Origin: Enoplolaimus lenunculus
Taxonomy: Eukaryota
NCBI GenBank assembly: GCA_030248215.1
Contig: JASANG010002125.1
Location: 62,001-126,000 of the forward strand
Direction: 5' to 3'
DNA: 64,000 nt
In this document: piece after piece, positions 12,624-26,757 of the stretch
How the letters are laid out: every line of letters starts with the position of its first letter
Position numbering within the stretch: position 1 is the first letter of the stretch
The notes under the pieces: generated by a model
Databases searched by the model: none
What the model was told of the DNA's origin: nothing
The model's input: the letters and a program-made list of their open reading frames with translations, nothing else
Program-made: the position numbers and the translations under genes

Positions 12624-15600
12624 TCAAGCTGGTTGCTGAAATTTTGTAATATACTGGCAAGTTATGTAACGTTGTGAGTTTGGTGTATCGGTACACATGC
12701 GGCGCAGCCAATTTGGGATAACGAAACCAAAATTTGCATAGTCGATAAGATACATTCTGAACGCTAAATCGGCAATGGCGAGATTCGTTCGTAGAATACT
12801 CCATGCGATTGCTCGATATGGTGGATAAGATTCAGAGATGCTTGTCGAAAGAAACGACAGATTTCTGAAATGTAAAATTTTTTTACTCTTGTACAGTATT
12901 TTTCGCATTTAAATTTAACGCAAACAGGCTCAAGCTTGAACATAGGTTTACAAAACGGCTTAGGCAAAGGTTTAAGATTAGCTATTAGCATTTAGGCTTT
13001 TAAAACAAAAAGCTTTAGGCTTAAGTAAACCTTTTTTTCTAAACCCGAGCCTGATAGCTTTTAGATGCGGGGTCAAGTGTACAAAAGATAAATGGTTTTG
13101 TAACATTTGGAAATTTTTGAAGTTTCGTGTTTATTGTTTTCGTTTTAAAACATTTAGCGACAAAATATACAGCCTTACGGGCATACATTGCTTTAGCAGT
13201 CGTGTCAAACGTAGGCCCAAAATGTTTTTCGCGTTTCGATACGCAGCGTTTATATTATTGATGCTAAAATAGCGCTGTTTTACTGTACCCGCTAGTCATT
13301 GATTTTAGAAGTTTCCGGTTCATAAAAAGAACTGGCTCATGTATAGAACAGGGCCGGAACAGTAGTACAAAGCATATTCTTAAGCCTAAGCCTAAGCAAA
13401 AAATTTATCTAAAGCTTAAACTGACTCAATTATAGCCCCTCCGAAAACAATCCGGCCCTGTTCTATACATCGGCCAAAGAACTTATGCTATTTGAAATAC
13501 AAAGACGTAAAAATAGCGTTGTATTTTTGGCATGATTCCTTAAATATATCAAAACAAAGTTAAGTATATACTGACTTCAAACTTAAATAGAATCGCATGC
13601 ATATATTGTGATTAGCTGCGTTAAAAATAAGCTACATTTCAAAGATGTGGAAACATATTTCTTGTTAAGGGTGTGAAACATGATTTCAATAGGTAATACA
13701 AAATTGTGGATCATTTCAAATGGTGGATTCAAAAAATTCGGACCCCTGTTCCTGCATGGAACACCAACCCCTATGCCTCTGTATGGCGACTCATAAAGCC
13801 GTGATACGTTTATTCCCGCGTGTGACACCGTAAACCACCTGATATATACCCCTGTTTCTATGTTTCTGGCAAGTTCAGCCAATGTATGGAACACGACCGC
13901 AAGTTCACACAACGCGATTAACCTTAAACGTAAACAAGACACTTACCCGTATTTTCCCCAACCGCGGAAAATAAATCCTTCCGGAAATCCAAGCTTAAGC
14001 AACTCGTTGCGGATATGAACTTTAAATTCAACGCTTGAATTGTAATACAGTAACGTATAATTATCGATATATTTTGCAAAATTACAAAACCAATACTGAG
14101 GCATAAAATGGTCAATTTGCATGTTTGGTTTACGACCGCTAATGACATAGCTATCAGGACTGCGTCCGGTAAAACGGCGGAGTGTCGAAAATAAGTTTGT
14201 GACAAAACAGTTGAAATTGTCACCACACCGATAACAGTGGTTGTTCTTGAATAGTGGAGCCCACGAGCTGTTGTGAACACATTTCGATGACCATCCAGAT
14301 ACCAAACGTTCAATTGGATCGCGAATTATGGCTACTTTTGTCCAGTCTGAATTTTTAAGCGCCACTTTCCTATATAAAAACGCACGTTCGTGGTCTATAA
14401 ATGCGAAATGATGCCAAACGTAGCAACCGCTTGCTTAATTTTGACGTTTCAAGCGTTAAAAATGAGTTTTTTGCTGCGTTAGGGTTACGCTATACTTTTG
14501 GAAGCCAGATGTTTCTCAATCGTTAGTTAATAAATTCTTATCAGTATTTTGAAATCTTAGCTACACGCTTGGCTTAGCTCTATTTTAGTTGATAATAGGT
14601 TTTGTAATTTTGGAACCAGTAGAGCAAACGCCGAGGTTTTGTAAACCAAACGGCCAATGTTACTTTCAGGGGCGTGTTATATTAAGCGTATCCTAAGCCT
14701 AAGCCTAAGCATTGCAAAAATGTGTTCTTAAGCCTAAGCCTAAGCCGAAGCAAAAAGATGTAATCTAGAATCTAAACCTACTATTTTATAGACCCACCAG
14801 AAAACTGGACGCCCCTTAAAGTAACATGGGCCAACCAAACTATGCGCCTTTGCCGGAGCGGACCGAAATCCTCCGGACCCGCTGATGTACATGATATAAT
14901 GTAATTCTTCCTACGTCACCATGCTTATACTTACACTATTTTGTTTGCTGTTTTGTTTCTAAGATAATGACGAGCACATTGCGCAAGATGTGACAACCAC
15001 ATCATTTCATTTAATTTTCGCATAAATCTTTTGTTGCGATACTCGTACATTTTGCAGAATAATGCTGAAAATACTTGATGTATTTTGATTTTTCAATATT
15101 GGCACAATTGGAACGCCTCAACATTTGTATTTTGGGCACCGTTCCAGCATAGAACAAATATTCATATAAGACACAAATCATTAATACTAGTAATCCGTAG
15201 TTGTACATATGTGCAACTCTCTTAAAGTGCTTTGGTATATGTTTTAAAGAACTTGCACAAACAAGCCTGTATTTAAACCTTAAAAGTGATTGACAATTGT
15301 GCATTCAGCACAAATACAAATTCTTAGTCTTGTAGGTCCTGTAGAAATGATGGACCCCGGGATCCATCATCCACAGAGGGAAATACTCGTCCCAAATTAA
15401 TGCATGCTTTAAATATACAAATTACGTACATGTTAAAATATACGCATAAAACAAACAGGCTTCGTCTTATAGAATAACAACGCAAAATAAATTAAACAAC
15501 AGTCTTCTACCCTCAGAATTTATATACAAATTACATACATGTTAAAATATATGAATAAAACAAACAGGCTTCGTCTTATAGAATAACAACACAAAATAAA

Positions 15601-17222
15601 TTAAACAACAGTCTTCTATCTTCAGAATTTTTCACTTAGAAGTATAGAACCAAATTTGCATATGGAATACAAATCTGCAGGAACGCTGCCCAAAATACGT
15701 AGGTGCGAAGTTCCAGCTTTAAGTATAGATTTAACGCAGCTCTAGATGTATGCAGAAAGAAATCTTCAAGAGGCGCACAGAGGCGGATCAAAAATTTTTA
15801 AGGGCGGGCGAGCTGGCTAATGTTATGAAACGTAAAATTTGTAAGGTGTCATTTTATCACCATAAAATTTTCTGAAGGCGAAAAATAGTAAGGTAGGTAC
15901 ATAATATGTTTATCACCAAAAATTTTCTGAATGCGAAAAATCATAAGGCAGGGAAGACCTTACCATGTTATCAAAAAATTATTCTGGGGGAAAAATTGTT
16001 TTTACAAAAAATTTCAGAGGGGAAAAATTGTAAGGTAGGCGGGACCTTACCATTTTAACAAAAAATTTCAAACGGGAGTTGCGTACGCCCCACCCCGTTC
16101 CCCCTCTGGATCCATTAGTGGAGGCGCTAGAATGGTGGTCTTTGCAACGGTATCAATAGGCTTAGCTTTGCTTTAAAACAAATATGTTGCAATGTTTGCC
16201 AAACCCATCGCATTGATTTGAAAATTTGACCGTTTCTCATAATCATAATAAAGATACATATATTATGATGAAAATCTTCCGTTCGCATTATTAATGAGCG
16301 GCCCATATTTTTTACATTTATTAGCGAGTAATTCTTTATTTCATAGTATTAAATTCCAAAAATATAGGCAAAAACATTTTGGCGACATACGGCGACGCGC
16401 GGCAATGTGAAACGGATGCAGCGGCGTTCCGCAGGCGGGCCAATGTAAAGAACAGGGGCGGAACAGTATTATAAGCATATTATTAAGCATAAGCCTAAGC
16501 CTAAGCGTACGAATGAGCATATTCCCTAGCCTAAGCCTAAGCCAAACCTAAGCCAAGCAAAAAAATTAGTCTAAAGCTTAAGCTTACTCTATTGTAGTCC
16601 CACAGAAAAACGTTCCGCCCCTGATCTTTACATGGGCCCGCAGGCGTAAAGCAGCCATTATAGTTCAACAGGGTTTTTTGGGTGTAAGTTTACAAACCGA
16701 CTTCAATTTGTGAACGGAAGTATACAAAAGCCCAAAACGATTATTTTAGCAAAATTACTGCACTGGCTAACCTTTAAATTGTGTACACGCAACTTTAGGT
16801 ATCCAGCAAGCAAGCAGTTTGCGACTGGGGAACACGGCGGGCGCATCAGGCGGAGGGTAACTAAAACCGTCAGGTCGAAGCATCAACGACTCGTCGAGTA
16901 AGTCTTTCAACAGCGGATCCAGTCGAACCGAAGTTTCGTTTCTGTGGGTTTCCGTTAGCCAACTAACGTTCCAGAATTGTTTATCAATTAATTTCAACCG
17001 CAGTTCAGATGGCGATTGGTTATTTTGAAGTGATGCCGAACGCTGGTTTGAAAGACCATATCGGTGCCGTTTCAGTGCAGAACGATTAGCCTGGCTAAAC
17101 TTTACTCTGTTATTAGCGGGATCAGATACCGTTCGAAGATGATTAATGGTCACTTTTAAAACTACAACAGCTAGCAGACCAGTTAATAGTCGATTTGGAT
17201 GTATTCGAGGCATCAAAACCAT
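12624..17222 (-). CDS. Golgi carbohydrate sulfotransferase, Sulfotransfer_2 family (4 exons, about 414 aa)
   Basis: Minus-strand exons 17222-16772, 15064-14935, 14369-13947 and 12864-12624 are phase-consistent (1245 nt). The protein has an N-terminal TM anchor, the 5'-PAPS-binding motif LACWIPKVACT, the 3'-phosphate motif IIRDPIERLVSGW, DHFMPQYWFCNF and C-terminal MYLIDYANFGF. The start could be the ATG at 17213. Confidence 0.88.
13334..13475. mobile_element. TTAGGC-carrying MITE (Merlin-like), subfamily A
   Basis: TIR GGCTCATGTATAGAACAGGGCCGGA ... TCCGGCCCTGTTCTATACATCGGCC; perfect TSD AAAGAACT; internal GCCTAA repeats. Confidence 0.85.
14652..14832. mobile_element. TTAGGC-carrying MITE (Merlin-like), subfamily C
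   Basis: TIR GGCCAATGTTACTTTCAGGGGCGT ... ACGCCCCTTAAAGTAACATGGGCC; perfect TSD AACCAAAC. Confidence 0.85.
15414..15631 (+). repeat. Tandem duplication with a period of about 109 bp
   Basis: TATACAAATTAC...CAGAATTT starts at 15414 and again at 15523 with few substitutions. Confidence 0.9.
16438..16638. mobile_element. TTAGGC-carrying MITE (Merlin-like), subfamily B
   Basis: TIR GGCCAATGTAAAGAACAGGGGCGGAAC ... GTTCCGCCCCTGATCTTTACATGGGCC; perfect TSD CGCAGGCG. Confidence 0.88.
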
Positions 17223-17385
17223 TAAATGAAAGACCAAACAGGTCGGCGACACAAAGAACGTTTCGCTTTCAAAGTTCTCACTTTTTATCTGAACATTAAG
17301 CCGGTATATATACGCTTACCGTGATATGCTGTCTGTCGCCAAATAAAATTCCATTAAAATTGTTCAATAGCGTTTTCTAGGCTTA

Positions 17386-17601
17386 GGGTTTGCGCTATAC
17401 TCGACGTCCGGTGCCGTCCGCGCTATACTCGACGTCCGGCGCCGTCCGTCATCGTGCGGCACCCGTACGGCGCCGTCCGTCACCGTTCGTACCATACGTT
17501 ATCGTGCGTGAGTTTTACTTGCGTATAATACCGCACGGTGACGGACGGCCCCAGACGGGTGACGGACGACGCCGCACGTCAACAAAAATATAGCGCAACC
17601 C
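17386..17601. mobile_element. PIF/Harbinger-like MITE rich in GACGG/CCGTC
   Basis: TIR GGGTTTGCGCTATA / TATAGCGCAACCC; 3-bp TSD TTA. Confidence 0.75.
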
Positions 17602-18118
17602 TTACCGTGAAATTACGATGGGTAAATACTTTATTGTTTGTATTAGATGCAAGATTTTAAATATTGCCAAAATACAAGACATTGTTGTTCTTAAGCGAAA
17701 AATTTTCAGTTTACTGTCTATAACGCCTTCTTACATTGAGTTGACTATAGGCAACTCAGCACAGTGTATATACGTTAAATAATATATATTGCACCGTGTT
17801 TAGCAATTGCAACACGAGTACATAGTACTAAATCACCACAAGACGTGAGAGCCCCTCGGTCTCGAGCGTCAAGCTCCTATCGCTGAGTGATGATGGTATA
17901 CGCCTCCCACTCCAGTCACACTGGAGTTCGAATCCTAGCATAAAAGCATGTCTCAGGGGAAATAGAAAGTGTTCATGTGAGAAATGATTAAAATGGCTAC
18001 AAATTAACTCTGGTCAAAGAACAACGGATCAATTAAGCAATTGTTAAAGTAAAAATATTAGTCATGATACTTTTGTATATATTCGTTTCCTTTTATCGTA
18101 GTATATTCTTGGACACAT

Positions 18119-18218
<100 letters not shown>

Positions 18219-19603
18219 TCCCATTCAAATGAATCGTAAACAAAAATGAATGGTTACCGACGTATCTCTCCAGTAAACCGGAGCGTGTCATTCATTACAT
18301 ATTTTATACTAAATTTCTGTGCCATTGAAACATTAAAATGTTGAAGACACCATCAACTGTGCATTCCATTGCATAAATTAATACAAAACGTTTTTGTAAT
18401 AATGTTTGGGGCTCAATTCAAGAACTTGTTAGAAGATTTAGCCACAAACGAACTCGAACACAAGGTAAACAGATGGTAAAAATGGTTATAGATTGTTTCA
18501 ATTGGTTCGAAACCTCGGCTCATTAAATTTCAGTTTTTGAAAAATTCGATTTTTAAGGTCCCAGTTCCCACAGTCTTCCTGCAGCCTGCGGAGCTGCGTC
18601 TATGGCGTTACATTTTTTACAATCAGACGATTGGTTAACGAGTTATGTCAAATAACTGATTTGGCGCGCTGCCAACAACTCCGCAAGGTGCATTGAGTGG
18701 CATATTATTAATTTGTCACACTTTCTAACAAAAAATTTTGGTTTACAAGGGGGGATTTTTTAGGACCTCAAAAATTGAATTCATCAAAAATTCAAATTTA
18801 CGTTGAATGATCAGGGGAGATCTTGAGAATTTAAAATATGCAAAAATTTTCAAAATCGATGCATTTTTGGGCAATCGCGGGCTGGGGGAATAACGAAAAA
18901 GACCCGATTGAAATACATTCTAAACTGTCTCTTCTCTGTCCGAAGGAAGTACTGCAAAACTGCAATTACTATATATCTGGTTTGTGTTGATTCGACGACA
19001 ATGTTAAAATTCGATCATTCAGATCGTGTGAACAGATATATAAAACTCGAATCTCTTTTGACATTTACTTACAAACCACCGCTCTCAAATGATCATTGTG
19101 TATATACAAGGGATGGTATGTCACGTGATACTGCGGGACATTTATGCGAGTATCATATGATATTCCAAAATTACAACGAATATCATATGATATTCAGCGG
19201 GACAGTGTAATCTTCGGTTGCTAATAGATTAATGGAAAGTCGGACGGCAAAGGCACAGATGTGCTTAAAATACTAAATACACGTCTGCACAGCCATTTCC
19301 GACACAAAATCGATTAGAAAAACAGTGTCATGATTCAAAAACATATTCAACAGGACAATTTGAGCATGTTACCTCAAGTATGCACACATTTAAAAATATA
19401 TCATATGAATATCATAATATTGAAGGACAAAAGGTGACCTACACATGATGATAGCGGACAAGTACGACTTTTTGAATATGATACAGAGTCTATCGGCAGA
19501 CAAAATGTACCCAATAGGCTAATAGGGACAAAACGTGTCCCAAGCTGCCCCGGTTATAACGTGAACTCCGGAAAGCAAACAGTTTTGTTCGCTAGCAATA
19601 TTG

Positions 19604-19803
19604 GGCCAATGTTAAAAACAGGGGCGGAACAGTATTAAAAGCATATTTCTAAGCCTAACTCTAAGCCCAAGCCTAAGCGTAAGTACGAGCATATTCCTAA
19701 GATTAAGCCTAAGCCTAAGCCAAGCAAAAGTAGTCTAAAGCTCAAAGCTACTTTTTATAGTTCCACAGAAAAACGTTCTGCTTCTGATCTTTACATGCGA
19801 GCG
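19604..19803. mobile_element. TTAGGC-carrying MITE (Merlin-like), subfamily B
   Basis: Left TIR GGCCAATGTTAAAAACAGGGGCGGAAC; degenerate right end; TSD CAATATTG on both sides. Confidence 0.8.
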
Positions 19804-20325
19804 CAATATTGTCTTGTACTACACTTAGTTCTAGGTTGACAGAATAAATTTTTGAACTTTTAGTATACAGTATACGTGATAAACTATGCTGAAATCAGAG
19901 CATCCTATGTAAGTACTGCTCATGCTGCTAATTCTCGGTATTGACAAAATGTCATCAAAATGTTCTCATTTTGTATACACAACCACGAAACATGACATAA
20001 GTACACCATGCGTATTGTTTTTCATTCGCTGGCAGGTATCATAACTTGAATTATGATACGATGGATATATGAACGAAACAGCTGGATCCACTATACAGTC
20101 GACGTTTAAACACTTTAATACAATGTGTTATAGTATAGAAATCCAAGTGGAGTGTCCTTTACAGTGTATATTGCCCAAATTACAACACAGCCAGTACTTG
20201 TTTTCCAGCCCACAAAGAGTCTCCACCCAAAATTTACAGAGCAGTGTGACATGGGCACGGTTTACTTTCTAACCATAAGGTACCGCTCCCCCTGCTTACC
20301 CGCAAATTCAAGGCATCCTGACAAG

Positions 20326-20477
20326 AACCCATGTTACTTTTAGACCGTCCCGGTTTCTGGAGGGTCTGTAAACGAGTAGAATTACATTCTAGACTACAAT
20401 TTTGTTTGGCTTAGGCGTTATTGGCTTAGGAATTCGCCTTAATCTACTGTTACGGCCTTATAAAAGTAACACATGCC
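20326..20477. mobile_element. TTAGGC-carrying MITE (Merlin-like), subfamily C, diverged
   Basis: CCCATGTTACTTTTAG ... TAAAAGTAACACATGCC; TSD CTGACAAG on both sides. Confidence 0.75.
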
Positions 20478-21822
20478 CTGACAAGGCAGGGGACTGTATC
20501 TGCGCAAACGCCCACACTAAAGCAGCACAATTTTAGAACTTCTAAAATTAATGAATAACGTGAAAACTACTGTGATGCTGTGTTTTGGCGCTCTGATATC
20601 TCGAATCTATAGCGCTGGTAAATTGGAAAACAAAAAGCGGCCAAACGACACAACTTTATGTAGTGCGAGGAAATTCCATTTATCAAATTTTATTACTTGC
20701 ATGGTGGGAACTAAAACAAAACCCCAAAACCTGCCCATAAGTTACACTGCAATGCTAGGCTTGCTGTTACTGATAATACACAATCTCAGCGTAGGTCTTG
20801 TGTTGCATAAATTTTCTGTACTGTATGCTACACAGTCGGTGGTTAAAAGTAACTGATGATGAAAAACGACAGCGCTACACTATGATGCTAGAACTTTTTC
20901 AGGAGGGGCATGCAAAGTGGGGATAAGCCCCCTGGCCCTTCGTTGGCTGCGGGCCCGGGCTGCCAAACGCATATATATAGCGTTGGATATTACAGCCGAC
21001 AGTCAAATTCACATGCCTTAAACTGACATTGCAACTTGTCATAATTGTATATTTTTGGTTCCTAACACCTACAGTATGAACAACTAAGCTGTAACCGTAA
21101 GAAATGAGATTGTTTTAGATGGGAATATATATGTGAAATGTACGTAGCTAGGTGTATCGAGTAAGTGGTGTTTTAGTTTCTTAGTCAGTGTATCGTGCAG
21201 AAGTAATGGATTATTTTCGTTCATCTCGTTTCCAAGAACTAAACTTTGACAGAACAGGGACAGGAAGAAGCAATCAAAATTTAATATAATTTTCATTGCT
21301 TAAGGCTTCTCGTTCGCGCGCTTTTTCATAATTCTTCTACCATTGTTTTGACGGCGGCTTGCCTGGGATTGGTTTTCACCAATAATATCTTGTCAAACGG
21401 GTTTATTATAAAATAACAATTCTGCTGGCTTAAAACATATTAATAGATGAAATAGAGATGGCTTCTTGCCCGCTTCGCTCGCGAGGTCTTTTCTGAAGTT
21501 CTGTGGATGTAGTCCGGATAAAACAAACCCACTCGAAAGCAAACGTTAGTATGGAAATGTTAGAAAATATGGTTGGTGTTGGCTTCTCGCTCCTATCGGT
21601 CTTGAGGCTCTCACTATATATCTAGCGAACCCGCGAGAATGTAAAATTCTGATTTCGCTATTGCCACATCCACCTCCTTTTTCTTCCCTTGAACGCATTA
21701 ATAAAATATGTGCGTACATATAAAGTTTAAACCGAAAATTTATTGTTATGGTATTATTTGGACATTATGTAAACTCCATCAGAAACAGACTTAGTATCGT
21801 GGTGACTATTTAATTTCGCCTG

Positions 21823-22748
21823 ATGCCGGTTATGATGTATTTGACACGTATCTTAAACACTGTTTTATTTGAACACTATATACGGAGCACAAGATGCTGT
21901 TTATATACACAGCATCAGCCGGCTGAATTCACTAGCAATGTACCTGGGTCAGCGGCCGATTGTTTTAAGCAAATTATGGAAGAATATACCGCCAATAAAT
22001 ATACAAGTAATGCCGAAAAATACTGTTTTTAAACATATGCGTAACTCATCTATTTGCCGTTACTTGACTTATGGTATTTAATTTTTGTTTTTAATAAGTT
22101 GTGATTTTAGCATATATAGTTCTAGATTGGTTTTATTTTATGTCAGGCATGCGCTTTCCGACTCACATATCGAACTCAGACCTTGAATCATTGGCGCTGT
22201 TTGACGATATTCGGGAAGCCCGGAGATTCTGCAGCTATTTAGCACATAAAGAATTGATTAAACGTTCTAAATTAGATACTCCGAGCGATCCGGACGTTGA
22301 ACCTAATGGTGATTCGCCGAAATCTCCTAAGGTTATGCTGGATTTGGAAGAATTATATAGAAGGTGAGCAAAATTTTCTGTTATTTTTTGAACCTTAAAT
22401 TAAAACATTTCCTCGATCTGTAGCTATTTGCGTTATGGAGCAACGTTAGCCTTACTGTTCTCGTTTTAACATCATCTTGTACTAATACCAAGTAGGCATG
22501 CTTAATGTTTTGTTGATTAAATTAACAGAGGGAGAAGTTTTGTTTGTTTTGCTTGTCAAACGCTAGGTACATAACTATGAAATTATTCGTACTGCTGTAG
22601 GTGTTAAAAAGTTTGCTCAATATGCGGGGCAAATTCTTACATTGTCATCAGAATTTTAGTTTAGCGTGGAAGTAATTACTTTATTTATTATCTATTTTCA
22701 ACTGAAAATTTTTTGTCAACTTTATATCTGCACACACCCTACTCTAGA

Positions 22749-22779
<31 letters not shown>

Positions 22780-25700
22780 AACAACAACAACAGCAACAAC
22801 AACAACATCAACGTTTATTTACACACCTTTTCCCCCGATGTCGGAGGTTGGCGTTTCACCACACAGCAATCAACTCTCAAACTCATAAACTTCACACCTC
22901 TTGGTCCCTCTGTCCATCGCATCCTACTTCTTCAATCCACCTTCGTACAATCTCTGTCTGCTTGCTCCCTCCATCTTGCCCTCGGTTTCCCTCTTCGCTT
23001 TCACCGTTGATTTCAACCTTTAGCGACCGCCTAATTCCACATTGACCTCTTCACCACCGTCACAATGTCCTCCAACTTCATTATCTGCATCAGGTCAGCA
23101 CAGCGCTACGCTTTCTGTCCTTCAGCTTCGCACCACACATCAACCTCACCACTGCGTTTTCTGCTCTATGCCAGATACCCTCATCCTCCCTTCTCATCAC
23201 CCATGTCTCAGCTCCATACGCCATCGCTGATCGAACACATGTCTGTACATTCTTTCTTTCATCATCAGAGACCACCTTTTACCACACAGTACCCCGCTCA
23301 ATTCGCGAAACTTCATCCAGCCAACCCTGATCCTCGCCGTTACCGCATTCAACCAGCTCCTCCAGCATTCCACCTGTCCCCCAGATACACAAAACCGTGT
23401 ACGCTTTGGACACCATCTATCATACCTGCCACCACTTCAGTATCCACTGCACCATATATACACCTCTTACACACAAACGTCCCTACTACCGTTCCAAGTG
23501 CACCTTTGACTCCGCTACATCGCTTGCGCATATTTTCTGCATGACATGCACAATATAGAGATAACGTTCACTCTCCCATCGCAGACATTGCATGGATCGA
23601 TCTTACTAACCTCTCTCACCGCCTGCACCGCTCACCATCATCTTCGTTTTACTCGTTCACTTTCAGTCCTGTCTTTTCAATCGCAACCCTCCAATCGTCA
23701 AACGTTTTCTGCAACCGCTCTATATCTTCCGCCATCAATACCAAATCATTCGTATATAATTCAAACAACGACCTATCCATTACATTTCCACGCACTACAT
23801 TCATCACCACCACAAGCAGAAATGGAGACAACACGGATCCTTGGTGAAGTCCAACCTTCACGTCGAACGGTCTCGACAACTTTAGTTCGACGTTCACTCT
23901 CGTTCTAGCACCTTCATACAACATCAGCCCTTTTCTTCTCATCCAAACACAGTTTTCTGCTCTATCATAGACGCACCCAGTGCTTATCAAGTCCTTGACA
24001 TCTTTATCGACTGCTTCGCTAACCTGAACATGCTCTTCGAGCTCTTATCCGACTCTGTATTGTTCGTCAGCTTATCTGAAGCCTTTTCAAAGCCTTTGCT
24101 GTTGCCATCTTCGCATTCTTCTTCGCCATCGTATATTAGCATTTCGTCTCATTTGTCTCTTCTTATGGCCCATGTATAGAACAGGGCCGGAACAGTAGTA
24201 TAAGCATATTCCTAAGCCTAAGACTAAACGTATGGATGAGCCTATTCCTAAGCCTAAGCCTAACCCTAAGCAAAAAAATTAGTATAAAGCTTAAACTGAC
24301 TGTATTATAGCCCCTCCGGAAAACGATCCGGCCCTGTTCTATACATGGGCCTTCCTTTTTTCATTCTCCCAATTTCATCTTTTTCGTTTCTATGTCTTTT
24401 ATTTTAAGGAGAGCTTATTATGCTTCTAACGATGTCATTTCAAATATGCGCCGATGGAAAATGATGCATGCTCGTCAGTTTGGACCTCGCATAATGATTG
24501 ATTTTTCATTTGTTGAAACTGCAGATCCAACAGAAATGAGCCTAGTAGGACGACAAGCGTTCTATTCCTTTGTTGACAATCGAAATCATAACTATCCATG
24601 TGCGTTGACGTTCACTAATTTGAGGTATACGCACTGTGTCTAAATTATACATTGGTGTTGAGTAGCATTTATTGTTTGTTGAATGTGTATTTATGGCAGA
24701 GTATAGTTCCACCGCAACCGGGCGCCAAAATTGTCTGAGTCGGATATTCAGTGTACAAATGGTTTTTGTAACAGAAAAATGGTGACAGGTTTTAATTAAT
24801 TGACTATATGAAATTTACCAATTGAACCAAAGAAACTAAAATATTACTAATCAATAGGCTAAATGCATAAATTTTTGACTGTGTGAACTCGCTCAGTACC
24901 ATAATGTCGAAAATAATTCAATTAAAAATAAACTATTAAATTCTGTTTTTGATGATTTTCACAACAAATATCCGGCAGGCTATGATACCGGAACCGAATG
25001 TCGGATTTTGCTGCAGCTGGATGTCCGGTTGAACCATAGTAGGCACCTAGAAGCTGGTCCGGTATGATGCTTACACTCGCAAGTCGCAAGTTTTTTAAAA
25101 ACCCAACATTCTTTATAGGTTATGATTTTCAGTGGATGGCCGTTCCAGGACTTTTAGGAAGATGCATTAATTTATGGTTTTGCTCGGGTATCACATTTTT
25201 TATTTTTGTTTATAAAAGTCAGCTGCATACAATACGTTTTGGGGGACGACCTTCCTACTTCTCTGTGACGGCGCCTGTATTTAGTGAATACTAAACATTG
25301 GCATATCATTTTAAAGAATGAAGATATCTTTTGTTTGTGCTCAAACAATTTTTTAAAAATTTTCTTGTAAGATTATGTACACGTGGATGCTATTGATTAA
25401 ATGGTGTCAAATATATACATGCTGTAATTTCAGCAGTTTTCTTTACAGTTTGTTTGTTTAGAATGGTAGTTTTCAGGAAAGACTCGATTTTCTATAACAA
25501 ATTCTTACTGCCGCAATTCTGTCCTGTTCATTTGGAAGATAGTGCGCTTGAGATGACTGATTTGAGTTATTTGGATTTGTGTTGTAATCGCGAAGACATT
25601 ATATATTTGTCACCGGATGCCAACGATGTATTGGGCGAACACACTATTGACCCGATGAAAACGTATATTCTTGGCGCTGTCGTTGATCGCTTTAAAATGA

Positions 25701-26757
25701 AACCAGGATTTACTTTAGAAAAAGCTCGTAAGGAAGGCATCATGTCTGTTCGGCTACCAACTGACGGCAGGTAAGTATGTAGTAGAAATAGGCTTTGGAA
25801 AGAATATGGGTGCAGGTAACACTGGCTGAAATTGAAACTACCTATTACAAACGGGCCGTGGAGTTTATTATTCTGAAATGTAAAAGGATTTAGATGGAGG
25901 AACGTATACATTGAGGATTTTGGAACTAGCATCTGTCTAGTACAGTTGAACTGTTCAATAAATTTCAGGGACTTGTAAGCCGCTAAAGCTTTCATGTGCT
26001 TTTTGAAGATCAAGAAATCAAATAAACGGATGCTGATTGATGTGTTTTACACTGTGACTATAAAAGCACTAAAACTAAATATGTTTTTGTTCATGACATA
26101 AGTCGTTTGTTTAACAGTCACCTGGGCTTTTGAATGATTTTAGTTTAGCATTTTTACATTTGAGCTACAGAGGTTCGATGTTAGAAAGACTTTCCAATGC
26201 ATGCTATTTATGGTTAATTTTGTATATTGTTCAAACTGATAGCTTGCACAGATTCGGAAAGAGATTGCGACAAAACCAGTAACCAAACTGTGGATGAAAT
26301 TTTAACTTCAATAACGCTGATATTGAAAAATTGGCCCATGTTGGCATTGGGACTATCCCGTTTTCTGGTGGGACTGCAAAAAGTAGGCTTAGATTGTATA
26401 CTATGTTTTTTGTTTAAGCTTAGATTTACAGATTTTCACGGCTTAGGCTTTAGAATATGCTTAATCGATTGATACGGTTCTAAAAGTAGCATTGGTCGAA
26501 AAATTTGCGTCAAGTTAATGTTGTGACATTGTGTGTATTTTTTCAGAAGCATACAAGGATCATTATGCTTTCCTATAAACAATGTGATAGAGATATTGTT
26601 GGATGTCATCAGCGGAGGCAGCTTTGATGTAGCGTTCAACGCTCGCCTTAAGAAAACAAGGACTGTTAAACCAACGAAAATCGGCACTCTTTCGATTCGA
26701 AGGAAGACAGATTTTGAACGACTTAGGTTTGGGTTTTTGAAAGATCTCATATCGTGA
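21823..26757 (+). CDS. TRMT10C: Trm10-family tRNA m1R9 methyltransferase, probably mitochondrial RNase P protein 1 (5 exons, about 373 aa)
   Basis: Exons 21823-22006, 22147-22363, 24409-24624, 25477-25770 and 26547-26757 are phase-consistent (1122 nt). SPOUT/Trm10 motifs: FGPRIMIDFSF, IIYLSPDA, YILGAVVDR, ARKEGIMSVRLP, FPINNVIEILLD. The long N-terminal extension and transit-peptide-like start favour the mitochondrial paralogue. Confidence 0.82.
22748..24131 (-). mobile_element. Decayed, internally deleted RTE-clade non-LTR retrotransposon with (TTG)n 3' tail, in TRMT10C intron 2
   Basis: Minus-strand frames give the linker (MFRLAKQ..KD), RT motifs GLHQGSVLSPFL and LYTNDLVLMAE (YADD mutated), GLKVN, a Cys-rich finger, FVYLG, CVRSAMAYGAETW and VRLMCGAKLKDR, with frameshifts and stops. 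The CAA tract at 22749-22807 is the 3' tail. Confidence 0.85.
24167..24351. mobile_element. TTAGGC-carrying MITE (Merlin-like), subfamily A
   Basis: Perfect 25-bp TIR GGCCCATGTATAGAACAGGGCCGGA; internal GCCTAA repeats; the TSD is not clean. Confidence 0.85.
26333..26497. mobile_element. TTAGGC-carrying MITE (Merlin-like), diverged
   Basis: GGCCCATGTTG ... AAAAGTAGCATTGGTC; perfect TSD GAAAAATT. Confidence 0.75.

Noticed and set aside
13583..13942. 119-aa minus-strand ORF as a sulfotransferase exon
   Set aside because: It lies just inside the intron after the GTAAGT donor at 13946. The phase-correct terminal exon with the family motif is 12864-12624.
22666..23908. Plus-strand polyQ/polyN and His/Pro-rich ORFs
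   Set aside because: They are antisense readings of the RTE relic and its CAA tail.
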